From a virus: 64,000 bases of DNA. Below are positions 49,722 through 60,330 of the stretch, piece by piece. Position numbers and translations under genes: made by a program. Position 1 is the first letter of the stretch. Each line of letters begins with the position of its first letter. The DNA lies in IMG/VR virus record IMGVR_UViG_3300028883_000041, positions 1 through 64,000 of that record; one strand, 5' to 3'. The notes beneath the pieces were generated by a model. That model had not been told where the DNA came from and searched no databases. It saw only the letters and a program-made list of their open reading frames with translations.

Positions 49722-50234
49722 CTAAAAAGCCACCTCTAATGGATACTTTATCACTGGAGGAATTCTTAATACTTCATATAACTCTAAAGTATATTTATAG
49801 ACCATTCTTTCATCTCCAGACTGTTCCCAACTCATCTTATCTATAGTTACAAAAGCCATATCTAAATCTGCTTTCATAAATATAGGAGAATCGTAAGTAT
49901 AAAGATACTCTATGAAATACTTTACTGCTCTTGCATCATAGGAAAAGAAGAACCAAGCCTTTTCCCCTCCAACACCAGCAAGACCTTTGAAATATCTATT
50001 CCATTTTCTAAAGAGGTTCTCAAAATTGAGTTCTCCTTTGATTACAAACTTAGTACTTTTTGTACCGAACTTTTGTCGGATAGAGCCTATCCTACCTATT
50101 GGATTTAACTCATTCACCCTTTTTTCATATGTCCCTTGCCAGAAATTGGCTTGTGGGTCTATAAGAAAAACTGGTGGTACATAAAGTAGAACTTTTCTTG
50201 AAACTAATGATTTTAATGTATCTATCGTTGACAT
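49722..50234 (-). CDS. Tail tube initiator (gpU-like)
   Basis: Position after tape measure; RQKFGTKSTKFVIKG...YKYTLELYEV. Confidence 0.55.
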   Translation of the reverse strand: MSTIDTLKSLVSRKVLLYVPPVFLIDPQANFWQGTYEKRVNELNPIGRIGSIRQKFGTKSTKFVIKGELNFENLFRKWNRYFKGLAGVGGEKAWFFFSYDARAVKYFIEYLYTYDSPIFMKADLDMAFVTIDKMSWEQSGDERMVYKYTLELYEVLRIPPVIKYPLEVAF

Positions 50235-50236
50235 TT

Positions 50237-51577
50237 TTATTCTTCACCTATATCATATTCTGGATTAATCGCAAATCTTTTTGTAGTATTGATATTAAAC
50301 TCTTTTTCAACACGTGTTATACCTATTGCCATACCCTTTGCTGCTGTAGATACTCTACCTAATTTGTTTTGTAATGAAGCGAAATCTGAAGACCTATTCA
50401 AGAAGTCACTTATTGTACTGTATAGTTCCCCTTGCTGTCTCCTCATCTCTCCTAAATTGAAATCTATAGTCAATAAATTATCTAATTTTAACTTACTAAA
50501 CAATCCATCGACAACACCAGTTATCACTTTATTTGATAGTCCTTCTTGGTCTATGGTTGCAGTAATCACTCCTCCAGAAGATGAACCACTTCGAGATGGA
50601 GTAGAAGCAGTTGAAATAGAAGACTTAGAACCCATCTTATCTAACAAACTTTCTATGACTGTATCTACCATAGTATATGACTCAGTAAAAGCATTTGGGT
50701 CTGGAGCTTCAGAAGTTCTTGTCCTTAATTCTCCTACAAACATTTCTTCTATAGCACTTCTTACCTCTGGTTTTTTAGATGCTTCTTCAAATGATAAACC
50801 ATTAGCTCTTGCATATTGTGTTATCACATATTCAGCATCAGATAAATTTTTACCCATATGTTTAGCAACCATATCTGGTCTAAGCTCTGGGTTTGGTAAT
50901 GATGAGAGGTATCTTGAGCTGTAGTATCTTTCCACTTCTAATGCTTTTGATTCTTGTGGTCCTCCAAACGACTTCATGATATTAGATACTTCGTTATTAA
51001 GATATTCAAATACAGATAACATATTTGGAGAATCCTTAACCAAAGACAACAAATCTCTTGTTTGGTTTTGAGCATTTTTACTTCCTTTAATTTGTGGGAA
51101 TAAATCATTTAATTTAGAAAGAAACATTAATGATTTGTCCATGATTTCTGACCACTTATCTGGGTCTTGTTCAAATCCTACACTTCTAATCATGGCTTCT
51201 AAATTATTCAAATACTCAAAAGGACTTACACCACCAAACACTGTTTCACTAATAACATCTTTGTTTATTTTTAGTCTTGCTAACTGGTTTCTTGTTTGAT
51301 TGATAGCAGTCTGTGTTTGGAGAGTAGGAGCAGAAGAAGAATATTTAGTACTGGTTAAGAGACTATAGTTCATCTTTACATATTCTTTTATTTCATGTAA
51401 CAAATCCCAGTTCCCACCAACTTTACTAACACCTCCTTCACTCATAGAATTAACTGCTGTAGTAAAATTGTTTTTAACAGTATCACTAAGAGCACCAAAA
51501 TCACTAAAAGCCTTATAGATTTCTGACATGTTAGTTATTTCAGCTTGAGCACTTAGTTTGATATTTAGTTCAGCCAT
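50237..51577 (-). CDS. Putative short tape measure protein
   Basis: Helical; directly follows the frameshifted chaperone gene. Confidence 0.6.
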   Translation of the reverse strand: MAELNIKLSAQAEITNMSEIYKAFSDFGALSDTVKNNFTTAVNSMSEGGVSKVGGNWDLLHEIKEYVKMNYSLLTSTKYSSSAPTLQTQTAINQTRNQLARLKINKDVISETVFGGVSPFEYLNNLEAMIRSVGFEQDPDKWSEIMDKSLMFLSKLNDLFPQIKGSKNAQNQTRDLLSLVKDSPNMLSVFEYLNNEVSNIMKSFGGPQESKALEVERYYSSRYLSSLPNPELRPDMVAKHMGKNLSDAEYVITQYARANGLSFEEASKKPEVRSAIEEMFVGELRTRTSEAPDPNAFTESYTMVDTVIESLLDKMGSKSSISTASTPSRSGSSSGGVITATIDQEGLSNKVITGVVDGLFSKLKLDNLLTIDFNLGEMRRQQGELYSTISDFLNRSSDFASLQNKLGRVSTAAKGMAIGITRVEKEFNINTTKRFAINPEYDIGEE

Positions 51578-51755
51578 TATAAATCACTTTCATATTGTTC
51601 TACACACTCACTAATAAAAAGGATTTCTGTCCAATTCATTCTTATCAGTTCTCGGAGAGGAAGAGAGATTTTCTTTGACAGAGCATAAAGAAATCTACCC
51701 ACATTTGTATGTGCTAATTTTCTAATTTCTTGCTCTCCGAGTGCTGAGAAAAAGA
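51577..51755 (-). CDS. -1 frameshift extension of the tail assembly chaperone (GT-like)
   Basis: The -1 frame from TCT TTT TCT is open to a TAA overlapping the TMP ATG: FSALGEQEIRKLAHTNVGRFLYALSKKISLPLRELIRMNWTEILFISECVEQYESDL. Confidence 0.7.
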
Positions 51756-52115
51756 GATTTCTTCCACAGCACTGATTAGTGATTGTTGCATACCAAGAGG
51801 CATCATATCTACTTCTTTATAACTCAAAGGACGACCATCTGTAGTTGTTACCAACTTGGTTATCATATGTTTATACCGTTCTAACGGAGTGTTGAACATT
51901 TCTAATTCTAATTGTATTGCAACAGTAAGAGGTTTGACTATGAAAGACATCCCATCATCAATATCATCATAAATAATATTAACAGTAACTTCTTTGGCAT
52001 CAAGTATTTGCTGAAGTTTTTCTATGATGTTTTCTTTCTTAATTTCTCCCACAGCTTTTTTTAATTCACCAATAGTAGTGATAACTTCTTTCTGTCGTTG
52101 TTCTTCTTCTTCCAT
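51714..52115 (-). CDS. Tail assembly chaperone
   Basis: Between tube genes and TMP; FIVKPLTV...EVDMMPLG; frameshift extension. Confidence 0.7.
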   Translation of the reverse strand: MEEEEQRQKEVITTIGELKKAVGEIKKENIIEKLQQILDAKEVTVNIIYDDIDDGMSFIVKPLTVAIQLELEMFNTPLERYKHMITKLVTTTDGRPLSYKEVDMMPLGMQQSLISAVEEISFSQHSESKKLEN

Positions 52116-52153
52116 GGGAGGTAGTTATCAGAACTAATATTTAGATGTTTCTG

Positions 52154-52738
52154 TTAGAGGTGTCTTAAAGAACTATCAATAAGAGGAAGGTTTGATGCGT
52201 TGGGGAAAGACCTTTCTGTATATTCTTTAACATCTAAAGCAGTAAAACTTAGTGTCTCAGCCATAAATTGACCTTGATTAATACCACCTTCTACAGAAGT
52301 TGGAGTAATTCTTGAAAACACATATCCTTTCCCTACCCCTTGAGCATAAAACCTTAACCTAACATCACTAAAAGGTATAAGTAACTCTCCTACATTATCA
52401 AAACCACTACCAACTTGATGTTTCAAATCATAAGTTCCAAGAAGAAGTTTTGTTCCAATGTCTATATAATCAAAATTAGCACTTGAGTGTTTGATAACCA
52501 CAGAAGATAACTGTCCTTCTGCTGATAGATTGTTTCTAAAAATGTCTGAACCTAAAGGATTATCATCTCCTATAGCACGATAAGTTCTTGTGTTCCAAAC
52601 ATATCTCCAAGAAAGCTTGTCTGCAAACCCTATTGGAAAGTTTTGAAATAGAAACTCATCATCTCTCTGTCCTTTAACTGTTAGAAATATTGCTACATCA
52701 TCAGCATGAATAGTATTATTTTGTGTTGAATAACTCAT
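52154..52738 (-). CDS. Tail tube-like protein 2
   Basis: PIGFADKLSW...YRAIG...MAETLSFTALDV. Confidence 0.65.
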   Translation of the reverse strand: MSYSTQNNTIHADDVAIFLTVKGQRDDEFLFQNFPIGFADKLSWRYVWNTRTYRAIGDDNPLGSDIFRNNLSAEGQLSSVVIKHSSANFDYIDIGTKLLLGTYDLKHQVGSGFDNVGELLIPFSDVRLRFYAQGVGKGYVFSRITPTSVEGGINQGQFMAETLSFTALDVKEYTERSFPNASNLPLIDSSLRHL

Positions 52739-52776
52739 TATGAATAAAAAAAGGATAAGAAGATTAAAAATCTTTC

Positions 52777-53355
52777 TTATGGATGAGAAGTTATTGAGGA
52801 AGATGGGTTACTATAACCGAATTCACCTTCCATTTCAATTATGGTGAAGTCCCCTTGACCAATATCTTTTGACCTTCTGGTAAAGATACAATCGTGTAAT
52901 GTATCTTCGAACCCAGTTCTTAGGTTTCTTATCTGGATAGTAAATCTTAAAGGAGCAACATATTTACTTGGGTCATCCGCAGTACCAGCACCATGCATTT
53001 CTGGAGGAGTAACTGTTCCAGCACTAATAGCATCGGAAAGCAATGAATTGACATCAGATGTCCCTTCATTCATTCGAGCACCTAATGCTTGTTGTATCAA
53101 CCGCATGTTGATGGCAGTAGCTCTAAATCTGCATCTGAAGACACCTCTATAGTTAGTTGTTCGAGCATCAACTCGAAACTTAGTTCCGATAGCTCTTACT
53201 TCTCTTAACTCTTCACTGTCTTCATATCTGATACTGTCTAATCTTCCAAGAGTATATTCTACTAAATCATTAGTTAGATTATCTCCACCAACAACGAGCA
53301 TCTTGAGGATTATATCGTCCCCAAATTCTGTATTATAATAGTTTAGATTTGACAT
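52777..53355 (-). CDS. Tail tube protein
   Basis: Immediately after sheath; LGRLDSI...EVRAIG...FTIQI...LHDC. Confidence 0.7.
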   Translation of the reverse strand: MSNLNYYNTEFGDDIILKMLVVGGDNLTNDLVEYTLGRLDSIRYEDSEELREVRAIGTKFRVDARTTNYRGVFRCRFRATAINMRLIQQALGARMNEGTSDVNSLLSDAISAGTVTPPEMHGAGTADDPSKYVAPLRFTIQIRNLRTGFEDTLHDCIFTRRSKDIGQGDFTIIEMEGEFGYSNPSSSITSHP

Positions 53356-53361
53356 TTTTTA

Positions 53362-54657
53362 TCACCCTATTTGTAATGTTGCTGTAAGATTTATCACTAT
53401 CTTCAGTGTCTCAAAGACTGGTGTCACATCAACTTGACATCTCATAATGTTGTTTGCTTCATCATTAGCAGAAGCATACACATTTGCAGCAAATGCTTTA
53501 ATCATCCCTTGTCTCTTTCTATCAGCAAGTTTAGTTTCTATCGAAGTTTTCGCAGAAGCTCTTGTACTTGAAGTGTTAGAACTGAACAAGTATTGTCTCA
53601 TAATGTTTCTTGCATCTTTTGCAATCGTATCTAAGATTTGTCTTGTAGTTATCAATGTTACATCTGCAGCTGAACTTGCAGTAAACGTCCAACCTTTGTC
53701 GTAAGACCAAGTACTATTTGTACCATTGGTCCATCTTCTTGGAAATATCACGTGGTCTCCCCACATGCTTTCCAATGTTGTCTTACCAAATATATGTAAG
53801 TTTTCATCACCTTTGTAAGAAGGCGACCATCCAGTAATATAACTCAGTGGAGTATGAGCATCTTGGCTTGATAATCTTCCAGCAACATAAGCTGCTAAGA
53901 AGTTTCCACCTATTTCATGTGTTCCACTTGCGAAAGTTGTATAATCTTTCAGATGTGTATCTGTAGTTTCAGTAGAACCGCTTGTTGCAGTAAATTTATA
54001 GGTTGTATTAGCAAGAAGACATATCACTCTTCCAGTATCGCTTTGTTGAGTATCAGCAGTTGGGAATGAATATGTATATGAAGAACCACTCAATGCTCTT
54101 TGCAAAGAAGTTCCAGTAACATAAACCCTTTCTTTACCTTCTGAAGCTGCTGAAGCAGCAACTACTTCTGTTACGACAGCTGCTATTGGATTAGCACCAG
54201 CCACAACCAAATAATAAACATCATCGAATGCTCTTAAAGCTGATAAAGCTTCTGAAAGACCAGTTGGTGATGTTTCAGCGTCAGTTCCAGTTCCACTAAG
54301 AACACAACCATAAACTTTTTTAGCACCACCAGCAAAAGCTAATTCTACTGCTCTCATAAAGTTATGGTCTGGGCAATAAGGAGAGTCGCTTGTAGCACCT
54401 AAATCATAAGTTCCACTTGACCAATTGGTACCTAATGCAATTCCCATCTTATTCTTATAATCAACAAGTGAGTCATATACAAAAACTGTCCCAGTATTAC
54501 CAGTTGTAAATAAATCACTGTCTGCTACATCATAATCTGAACTACCAGATGCCATATGTCCTATGACAGCAACATATCGACCAGTATCTAATGGGCTGGG
54601 TCTGATATCGTCTGTGGTTTGTTCCACATAAACACCAGCTAAAGTATATTCGCTCAT
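53362..54657 (-). CDS. Contractile tail sheath protein
   Basis: LAGVYVEQ N-terminus; AFAGGAKKVY; LAAYVAG; ITTRQILD...VDVTPVFETLKIVI. Confidence 0.88.
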   Translation of the reverse strand: MSEYTLAGVYVEQTTDDIRPSPLDTGRYVAVIGHMASGSSDYDVADSDLFTTGNTGTVFVYDSLVDYKNKMGIALGTNWSSGTYDLGATSDSPYCPDHNFMRAVELAFAGGAKKVYGCVLSGTGTDAETSPTGLSEALSALRAFDDVYYLVVAGANPIAAVVTEVVAASAASEGKERVYVTGTSLQRALSGSSYTYSFPTADTQQSDTGRVICLLANTTYKFTATSGSTETTDTHLKDYTTFASGTHEIGGNFLAAYVAGRLSSQDAHTPLSYITGWSPSYKGDENLHIFGKTTLESMWGDHVIFPRRWTNGTNSTWSYDKGWTFTASSAADVTLITTRQILDTIAKDARNIMRQYLFSSNTSSTRASAKTSIETKLADRKRQGMIKAFAANVYASANDEANNIMRCQVDVTPVFETLKIVINLTATLQIG

Positions 54658-54690
54658 AAGCTATTCTCTACATAATGAGTATAAAAAGAT
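54658..54690 (-). promoter_or_regulatory. Late-type promoter conserved with 61191-61222
   Basis: CTACATAATGAGTA at 54668-54681 and 61202-61215, both preceded by AAGCTA next to the start codon. Confidence 0.65.
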
Positions 54691-54695
54691 TATTA

Positions 54696-55442
54696 TCAAC
54701 TTCCACTCTCTGTACCAGACCAAGAAAGTGTTCCGCTCTCGGTATCAACACTTTCTAAGACCCCAGAACTGGTTTGATAGACTTCTATAGGAACTTCTCC
54801 TACAAGATAACCATCTGAACCACTTCCAGTTGGAGGAATAAACCTTACTTCAGTTGTAATCAATAAATCAAGATATCTACGATAGACCATGGTCGCACCA
54901 TTATGATGAGCTACATCTTTAATAAATCTATCAGCATCATCATATCCTATAAGGTCACTACTAACAGTTTTAACTTGTTTAATACCTAAATCATAAAGAG
55001 TATTAGACTGTGGAGACTTATACCAATTAAACAGATTATCTATTTTACCAGACAAAGAGTCTCTCATCCATGGGTCCTTAGCCCAAGAGTCACATCTGAC
55101 AATGTAGATTTTTTCATGACCGTATACTGTATCATATGAACCAGAAGAAGCAACCCCACCACCACTATTTACATATTCAAAAAGAAAGTTACCTATATAC
55201 TCACTCATCTCTCTTTGCCCTTGGACACTAACTACAATAGTAGGAAGTTCCATATTCTCTGCTGTAGGATAATCACCATAACAATTAATTGTTGTTTCTG
55301 TACCAGAAGTACCTAATGATATAGTTCCAATATTAGTCCTTATGAAGTCAACTATATGTGCTTTAAGAGTATCTGTATCAAATAAATAACCATCTTTAGA
55401 CGATAATACTGAACCGCTATAACTTTCCCATGTCCAAGTCAT
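54696..55442 (-). CDS. Tail terminator / neck protein
   Basis: Upstream of sheath; YPTAENMELPTIVV, CDSWAKD...RDSL. Confidence 0.6.
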   Translation of the reverse strand: MTWTWESYSGSVLSSKDGYLFDTDTLKAHIVDFIRTNIGTISLGTSGTETTINCYGDYPTAENMELPTIVVSVQGQREMSEYIGNFLFEYVNSGGGVASSGSYDTVYGHEKIYIVRCDSWAKDPWMRDSLSGKIDNLFNWYKSPQSNTLYDLGIKQVKTVSSDLIGYDDADRFIKDVAHHNGATMVYRRYLDLLITTEVRFIPPTGSGSDGYLVGEVPIEVYQTSSGVLESVDTESGTLSWSGTESGS

Positions 55443-55480
55443 TGTTATTACCTTTTATTCATGCCTTTTGAAGTTTTCCC

Positions 55481-56923
55481 TTATTCATCATCATTAAAGA
55501 ATTCTCCAAGAGATTTGTTTTTCCTTTTGTTTTCCATTTCTTTTTGTCTTCTGGCAACTCTATTACGTTGGTTTATTCTTTCTCTACGTAGAGATACTGT
55601 TGGCTTTGCTTTTGTAGGTAATTTTTGTTCTGGAGTTTTATTTATGAAATTCCACACATTATAACCCATAAACTTATGATATAATCTTTTTGCTGCTTTA
55701 TAGGATAAAGGTGTTTTACCACCCCCATGTTTTCTTGCAATAGCCTCTACTGTATCATGAAACTTAACTCTCTCTTTTGCTCTTTCTATCCTTTGTTCTT
55801 CTATTAACTGTGCTTCATTTTCTATCTTTAATTTTCCACTCCTAATGAACTGGTTCAAATTACCTCTGTTTTCTATTATTTTGTTTCTTAAAATTTGTTG
55901 CTTTCTGTCCAATGATTTTACTTTTCTTTTTGCTTCTTGTGTTTCTTTCCTTTCTCTTTCTTTCTTTGTAGGTTGACCCATAACTACACGGTCATGAAAA
56001 TCATCACTATTCTCATAGTTAATATCTATAATCATTTGTTTTTCTCTAAAGGCTCTACTTGCAGCTCTCTTCTGTGCTCCTTCGCTATATCTCCATTTCT
56101 TTCCCTTATAATCTCCATCAACTTCTTCTCCAGCTTCATTTAACCAAATAGTTGAAAACTTTTTCCCTAAACTTTGTAATTCCTTCTTTCTTGCTTTCTC
56201 TCTTTCTTTGAGTTCCTCTAATTTGGCTTTACCTATTTCACTTGTAGCTGGTAATCTACTCAAAGGAACTTTTGCTGGTGCTATACCTTTTGTCGCATCT
56301 CCCCATGAATCTTTAATCCAATCTTCTGCTGATAATAAAACCTCATTATATATTGTTGGTTGCAGCATAGGTCTGGAGTCAAAAGGATACCCTTTAAATT
56401 CAAAATAACCATGACCTCTAATATCCATATAACCATCATAAGTTTCTTCATCTGTATTTTGAACAACATGAACATCAGAAACATAAGAGTCTCTTGCAGC
56501 ACTGGCTTCTGCTGTATAATCTACTGTCAGTCCTTCTGGTGTGGTCGTAGAAGACTCATTAGTCCATGAATGACCTTTCTTGTTAAAAAAGGTTTCATAT
56601 AACCCTCTAAGAGTTTCACCAGTATCAATCATACCGCTTCTATTATCTGGATTAGGATGAGGAGTTTTCTTTGGAGGAAAACCATATTTAGAATAGGCAT
56701 GTTCTACAACATCTATAGCTATAAGATTAATATTATCTAAACAGTTTTCAAAGAACTGAGCAAATACTCTTTCAAATCTATCTATTGCATGAGCATTTTT
56801 CCTTAATACAAATCCGTGTTTTGTATATATTGCTTCAGTAAGAAAATTAATTCCGATATGTAACTCTAACTCAGCCATTCTCATTAATACGTCTTTTTCA
56901 TATGAAGTTAAAGTTATCATCAA
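55481..56923 (-). CDS. Neck (HK97 gp10-like) domain with long basic C-terminal extension
   Basis: IDTGETL...YFEFKG..FDSRPMLQP; K/R-rich C-half. Confidence 0.45.
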   Translation of the reverse strand: MMITLTSYEKDVLMRMAELELHIGINFLTEAIYTKHGFVLRKNAHAIDRFERVFAQFFENCLDNINLIAIDVVEHAYSKYGFPPKKTPHPNPDNRSGMIDTGETLRGLYETFFNKKGHSWTNESSTTTPEGLTVDYTAEASAARDSYVSDVHVVQNTDEETYDGYMDIRGHGYFEFKGYPFDSRPMLQPTIYNEVLLSAEDWIKDSWGDATKGIAPAKVPLSRLPATSEIGKAKLEELKEREKARKKELQSLGKKFSTIWLNEAGEEVDGDYKGKKWRYSEGAQKRAASRAFREKQMIIDINYENSDDFHDRVVMGQPTKKERERKETQEAKRKVKSLDRKQQILRNKIIENRGNLNQFIRSGKLKIENEAQLIEEQRIERAKERVKFHDTVEAIARKHGGGKTPLSYKAAKRLYHKFMGYNVWNFINKTPEQKLPTKAKPTVSLRRERINQRNRVARRQKEMENKRKNKSLGEFFNDDE

Positions 56924-56952
56924 ATAATAAAAAGAAAAAGGAGTAAAAAAAG

Positions 56953-57303
56953 TTATTGTTTGTCTTTAGGCACAAGTTTATCTTCGATATCTTGTTTATC
57001 AAATTCAGTTACATCTTCAAAGTTGTTATTTGCTGAGTAGTGTTTAGGTAACAATCCTATGAAATCGTCATCCCATACCACATCTTGAGCATGACCTACA
57101 ACACGAGTAAAACCGAGAACTACTTGTTCTCTTATCCATTCACCTTGATGTAAATCAAACTGTCTTTGTAACTTTATATGTTGAACACCATTAAGGTCTT
57201 CTATACCAACAAATTGCATGAGTTTTACAATTCTTTGGTCTAAACCAACATCATCCAACTCTTCAGTTTCTTCTTCTAACTCTTCAAAATCATCCTCTGT
57301 CAT
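56953..57303 (-). CDS. Acidic hypothetical protein
   Basis: Coupled to the GT4 gene. Confidence 0.65.
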   Translation of the reverse strand: MTEDDFEELEEETEELDDVGLDQRIVKLMQFVGIEDLNGVQHIKLQRQFDLHQGEWIREQVVLGFTRVVGHAQDVVWDDDFIGLLPKHYSANNNFEDVTEFDKQDIEDKLVPKDKQ

Positions 57304-58417
57304 CAGTAATCACATCCGCAAGTTTCTTGGCTGCTGATTTCCAAGTCCATTTCTTGACATCTTTTAGCCCTTGAACTGACCTCTTCTTTCTTCCTTCAAC
57401 ATCATCAACAACTTTTCTCATTATATTACGAATATTCTTTATTGAAGGTTTAGCCCAATAAAGCCCTTGGTTTCTATCGTAAGGACCTCTACCATCAGTG
57501 ATATCCATTGTTTCTGGTTTAATGATGTAGGAGTTCTTAGTATTCATATATTCCAATTGACCACCAAACTTTTGTGTGATACATGGAACACCACAAGCCA
57601 TAGATTGAATATAGGGTAATCCCCAACTCTCACCTTTGCTTGGTAATATGAACGCATTAGCAGAGTTATATAATCTTCTCATATTAGGTTCAGTTAGCAT
57701 CTGACCATTGATTACAATTTTTGGAGGGTTCTTATTCTTGAATTGAAAGGTTCTGGTTTTGATAGCATTAGTTATTCCTAACATAGTTGAGAAATTATTA
57801 TCCATACCATATGTTTTTAACATTAACACTACTTTATCATCTCCAGTAAATTCTTTAAGATAAGCATCTACAAGTTCTTCAAACCCTTTTCGTTTAATCC
57901 ACTGACCTACAGCCAAAAATACGAAGTCATCACCAAAGTCAAATAATTTGTCTTTATCTGGATAGAATATAGAAGTATCTATACCATGAGGAACTATATG
58001 AATTGGTCTGGCATCTGGACCTTTTTCTGTTATGGCTCTTTCTATAGAGTCTTTACAAAACTTAGTATTTGTTATGAACTCATCATAAAGGGTGAGCTCT
58101 TTCTTCCATAGAGGAGGTAAATCAAGTAATTCCCAAACAAACATGAGTATGTTTCTATTGTGGTCTGGAGGAGACCTATCAAATACTACTGGAGTTCCAT
58201 ATCTTATATAAGGAACTGTTTTATCAGAAGTCTTAGCAAACATATCTTGGAATATCGCTGCTTGGTCTGCTGGTAATCTAATTATTAAATCATCCATTTT
58301 TCTTTCTTGAAGATGAACATCTAATCCTTCTTCATGAAGACCTAACACCATTTTTCTGGCTGCATAAGCATAACCAGAAGGAGATAATACTGTTGTTTCT
58401 ATTCTTACATCAACCAT
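57290..58417 (-). CDS. GT4 family glycosyltransferase
   Basis: SGYAYAAR, VPHGID, RKGFEELV, LPSKGESWGLPYIQSMACGVPCI. Confidence 0.92.
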   Translation of the reverse strand: MVDVRIETTVLSPSGYAYAARKMVLGLHEEGLDVHLQERKMDDLIIRLPADQAAIFQDMFAKTSDKTVPYIRYGTPVVFDRSPPDHNRNILMFVWELLDLPPLWKKELTLYDEFITNTKFCKDSIERAITEKGPDARPIHIVPHGIDTSIFYPDKDKLFDFGDDFVFLAVGQWIKRKGFEELVDAYLKEFTGDDKVVLMLKTYGMDNNFSTMLGITNAIKTRTFQFKNKNPPKIVINGQMLTEPNMRRLYNSANAFILPSKGESWGLPYIQSMACGVPCITQKFGGQLEYMNTKNSYIIKPETMDITDGRGPYDRNQGLYWAKPSIKNIRNIMRKVVDDVEGRKKRSVQGLKDVKKWTWKSAAKKLADVITDDRG

Positions 58418-59749
58418 TTACATCACCAACTCTATATTGGTATTAACTTTTTCAAATAAGTCAATCCACATCTTATTTACTACCGTCCAATCATAATGAC
58501 TGACTGCCCAATCACGAGCATTTTTACCATGTAGTTTTCGTAGTTCTTCATCTTTCCAATATTTCTGGAAAGCTTGAGCCATCTTCTTAACATCTATCCA
58601 AGCCTTTCTAACTCCACATCTTTCCATATAAGCAGTTACATAAGGAACAGCAATTCCTCTTTGTTCTTCTTTAGGAACAACTTCTTCATTATCACCAAGA
58701 AGTAAAAACTCTTCTGTGGTTGTATAATTGGTTGCTACTGTTGGAAGACCACAAGCCATGCCTTCTACTATAGGAATTCCAAATCCTTCTCCACCAGTTG
58801 ATAGAGCATGAACGTCAAAACAATTATATAACAACGATAAATCTTGTGGGGGTATCCCTTCTAAGAAATTATATTTTTTTCTGGATTGATTTGATGCTGG
58901 AGTAATGATAACGTTCTCTCCTATTCCTCTACATTCAATCTGCTCTAAGAAGAAATAATCGTGGTTAGCATCCCCTATATATAATGGGTCTTTAGCATCT
59001 AAATGAAGATAGAGATAACAAGTTTCTTTCTTCAACTTTTTCTCTTCTTTACTTCCAGCATTCATAAACATCCTAAATGCTTCAAGTAATCTCATATGAT
59101 GTTTTCGTTTATTCAATCTGGCTACGCAACCTATAATGAACATATCTTTAGGGTCTGTTTTAAACTTCATACCATATTCACCAAAGAATGCTTGTCTTGC
59201 TGCTAATTTGTTTATAGGACTAAATATAGATGTATTTATACCATGGGGTACATATTCTGCATCAATTTTAAGTTGTTCTTTAGTAAGTTTTTGACCATAT
59301 TTACTCATTGCTATTGGAACATCAACAGCCATTAGAACTGACTCTATCATACTGTTGATTGGGTCTCCATCAAGAGGATAATATAACATCCAAAAAGGTC
59401 TTGGTTGTCTTGCTAATACATCAACCATATGAGCATCCCCTTGAGTAAAGAGAACATCTGGAGCTATTTCATGAAATACGTCTTGATAACTATCCTTACC
59501 AAACATAGCATTTCCTCTCACTCCATGAACTTTATAGTTAAATCCAGAAATTGGAGGATTGCCTCTTGTTTGCCATCCTAAATAATGAGTATCCCAATTG
59601 AAGAACTTAGATACTGTATTAGCTATAGTTCCACATTGTATAGCAAACCCAGTAGGATAGTAAGGGCTATCAGAAGCAAAAAGTATAGTTGGTCTTCTTC
59701 TATTCAACTTAATTTCGGTTTTTGTCTCTATATCTACTTTTTTTGACAT
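58418..59749 (-). CDS. GT4 family glycosyltransferase
   Basis: PTGFA, VPHGIN, ARLNKRK, STGGEGFGIPIVEGMACGLP. Confidence 0.92.
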   Translation of the reverse strand: MSKKVDIETKTEIKLNRRRPTILFASDSPYYPTGFAIQCGTIANTVSKFFNWDTHYLGWQTRGNPPISGFNYKVHGVRGNAMFGKDSYQDVFHEIAPDVLFTQGDAHMVDVLARQPRPFWMLYYPLDGDPINSMIESVLMAVDVPIAMSKYGQKLTKEQLKIDAEYVPHGINTSIFSPINKLAARQAFFGEYGMKFKTDPKDMFIIGCVARLNKRKHHMRLLEAFRMFMNAGSKEEKKLKKETCYLYLHLDAKDPLYIGDANHDYFFLEQIECRGIGENVIITPASNQSRKKYNFLEGIPPQDLSLLYNCFDVHALSTGGEGFGIPIVEGMACGLPTVATNYTTTEEFLLLGDNEEVVPKEEQRGIAVPYVTAYMERCGVRKAWIDVKKMAQAFQKYWKDEELRKLHGKNARDWAVSHYDWTVVNKMWIDLFEKVNTNIELVM

Positions 59750-59793
59750 GTATATATATAAACACCTAATCTTATTAAATCTTTTGATGGCTT

Positions 59794-60330
59794 CTAACTC
59801 ATTGGCTTTGTTGGGTCAGTCTCACCAGTCTCTGAATAAGGCTTTCTAACAATCTTTAATAAAGTATAAACTTTCTGACCAAATGAACCGTATTTTGTTT
59901 CGTTTAGCATTATATCATATTCGTACCTTGTATAATTGGTATCAATAGGAAAAATGATTATGTCACCAACTGCAAAGTTATCGTGTTCCCAGCCATAAGT
60001 CCATAACCGATGAGTATAACGTTGAACTAAACCAGCTGGTGTCACATAATCACCTACTCCACTTCTTCCAGTAGGAGGTATTTGCTCTACGTAAGCTTTT
60101 ACTTTTCGTTCAGATGATGTCCCCTCAGTAAAGATAAATCCAGACCCATTACATACAGAACAAGTAGAATTAGGACGACCATATAAACTATTCCAACAAG
60201 TACATTTAGTAGCACTTTTTTTAGACCTATGAATGACATCTTGTCCTACATTAGTTAAGATATGTCTCATATAATAGTCATCAATAATAGGAACATGAGG
60301 TGTTCCCATAGTCCATTGTCTAAATGCCAT
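59794..60330 (-). CDS. Putative head-closure / neck protein with Zn finger
   Basis: Start MAFRQW; KCTC...CSVCNGSGF; position in morphogenesis module. Confidence 0.55.
   Translation of the reverse strand: MAFRQWTMGTPHVPIIDDYYMRHILTNVGQDVIHRSKKSATKCTCWNSLYGRPNSTCSVCNGSGFIFTEGTSSERKVKAYVEQIPPTGRSGVGDYVTPAGLVQRYTHRLWTYGWEHDNFAVGDIIIFPIDTNYTRYEYDIMLNETKYGSFGQKVYTLLKIVRKPYSETGETDPTKPMS

Noticed and set aside
38228-55442. Cellular eCIS/tailocin locus
   Set aside because: Linked to terminase, neck genes and viral replication genes, so it is a virus
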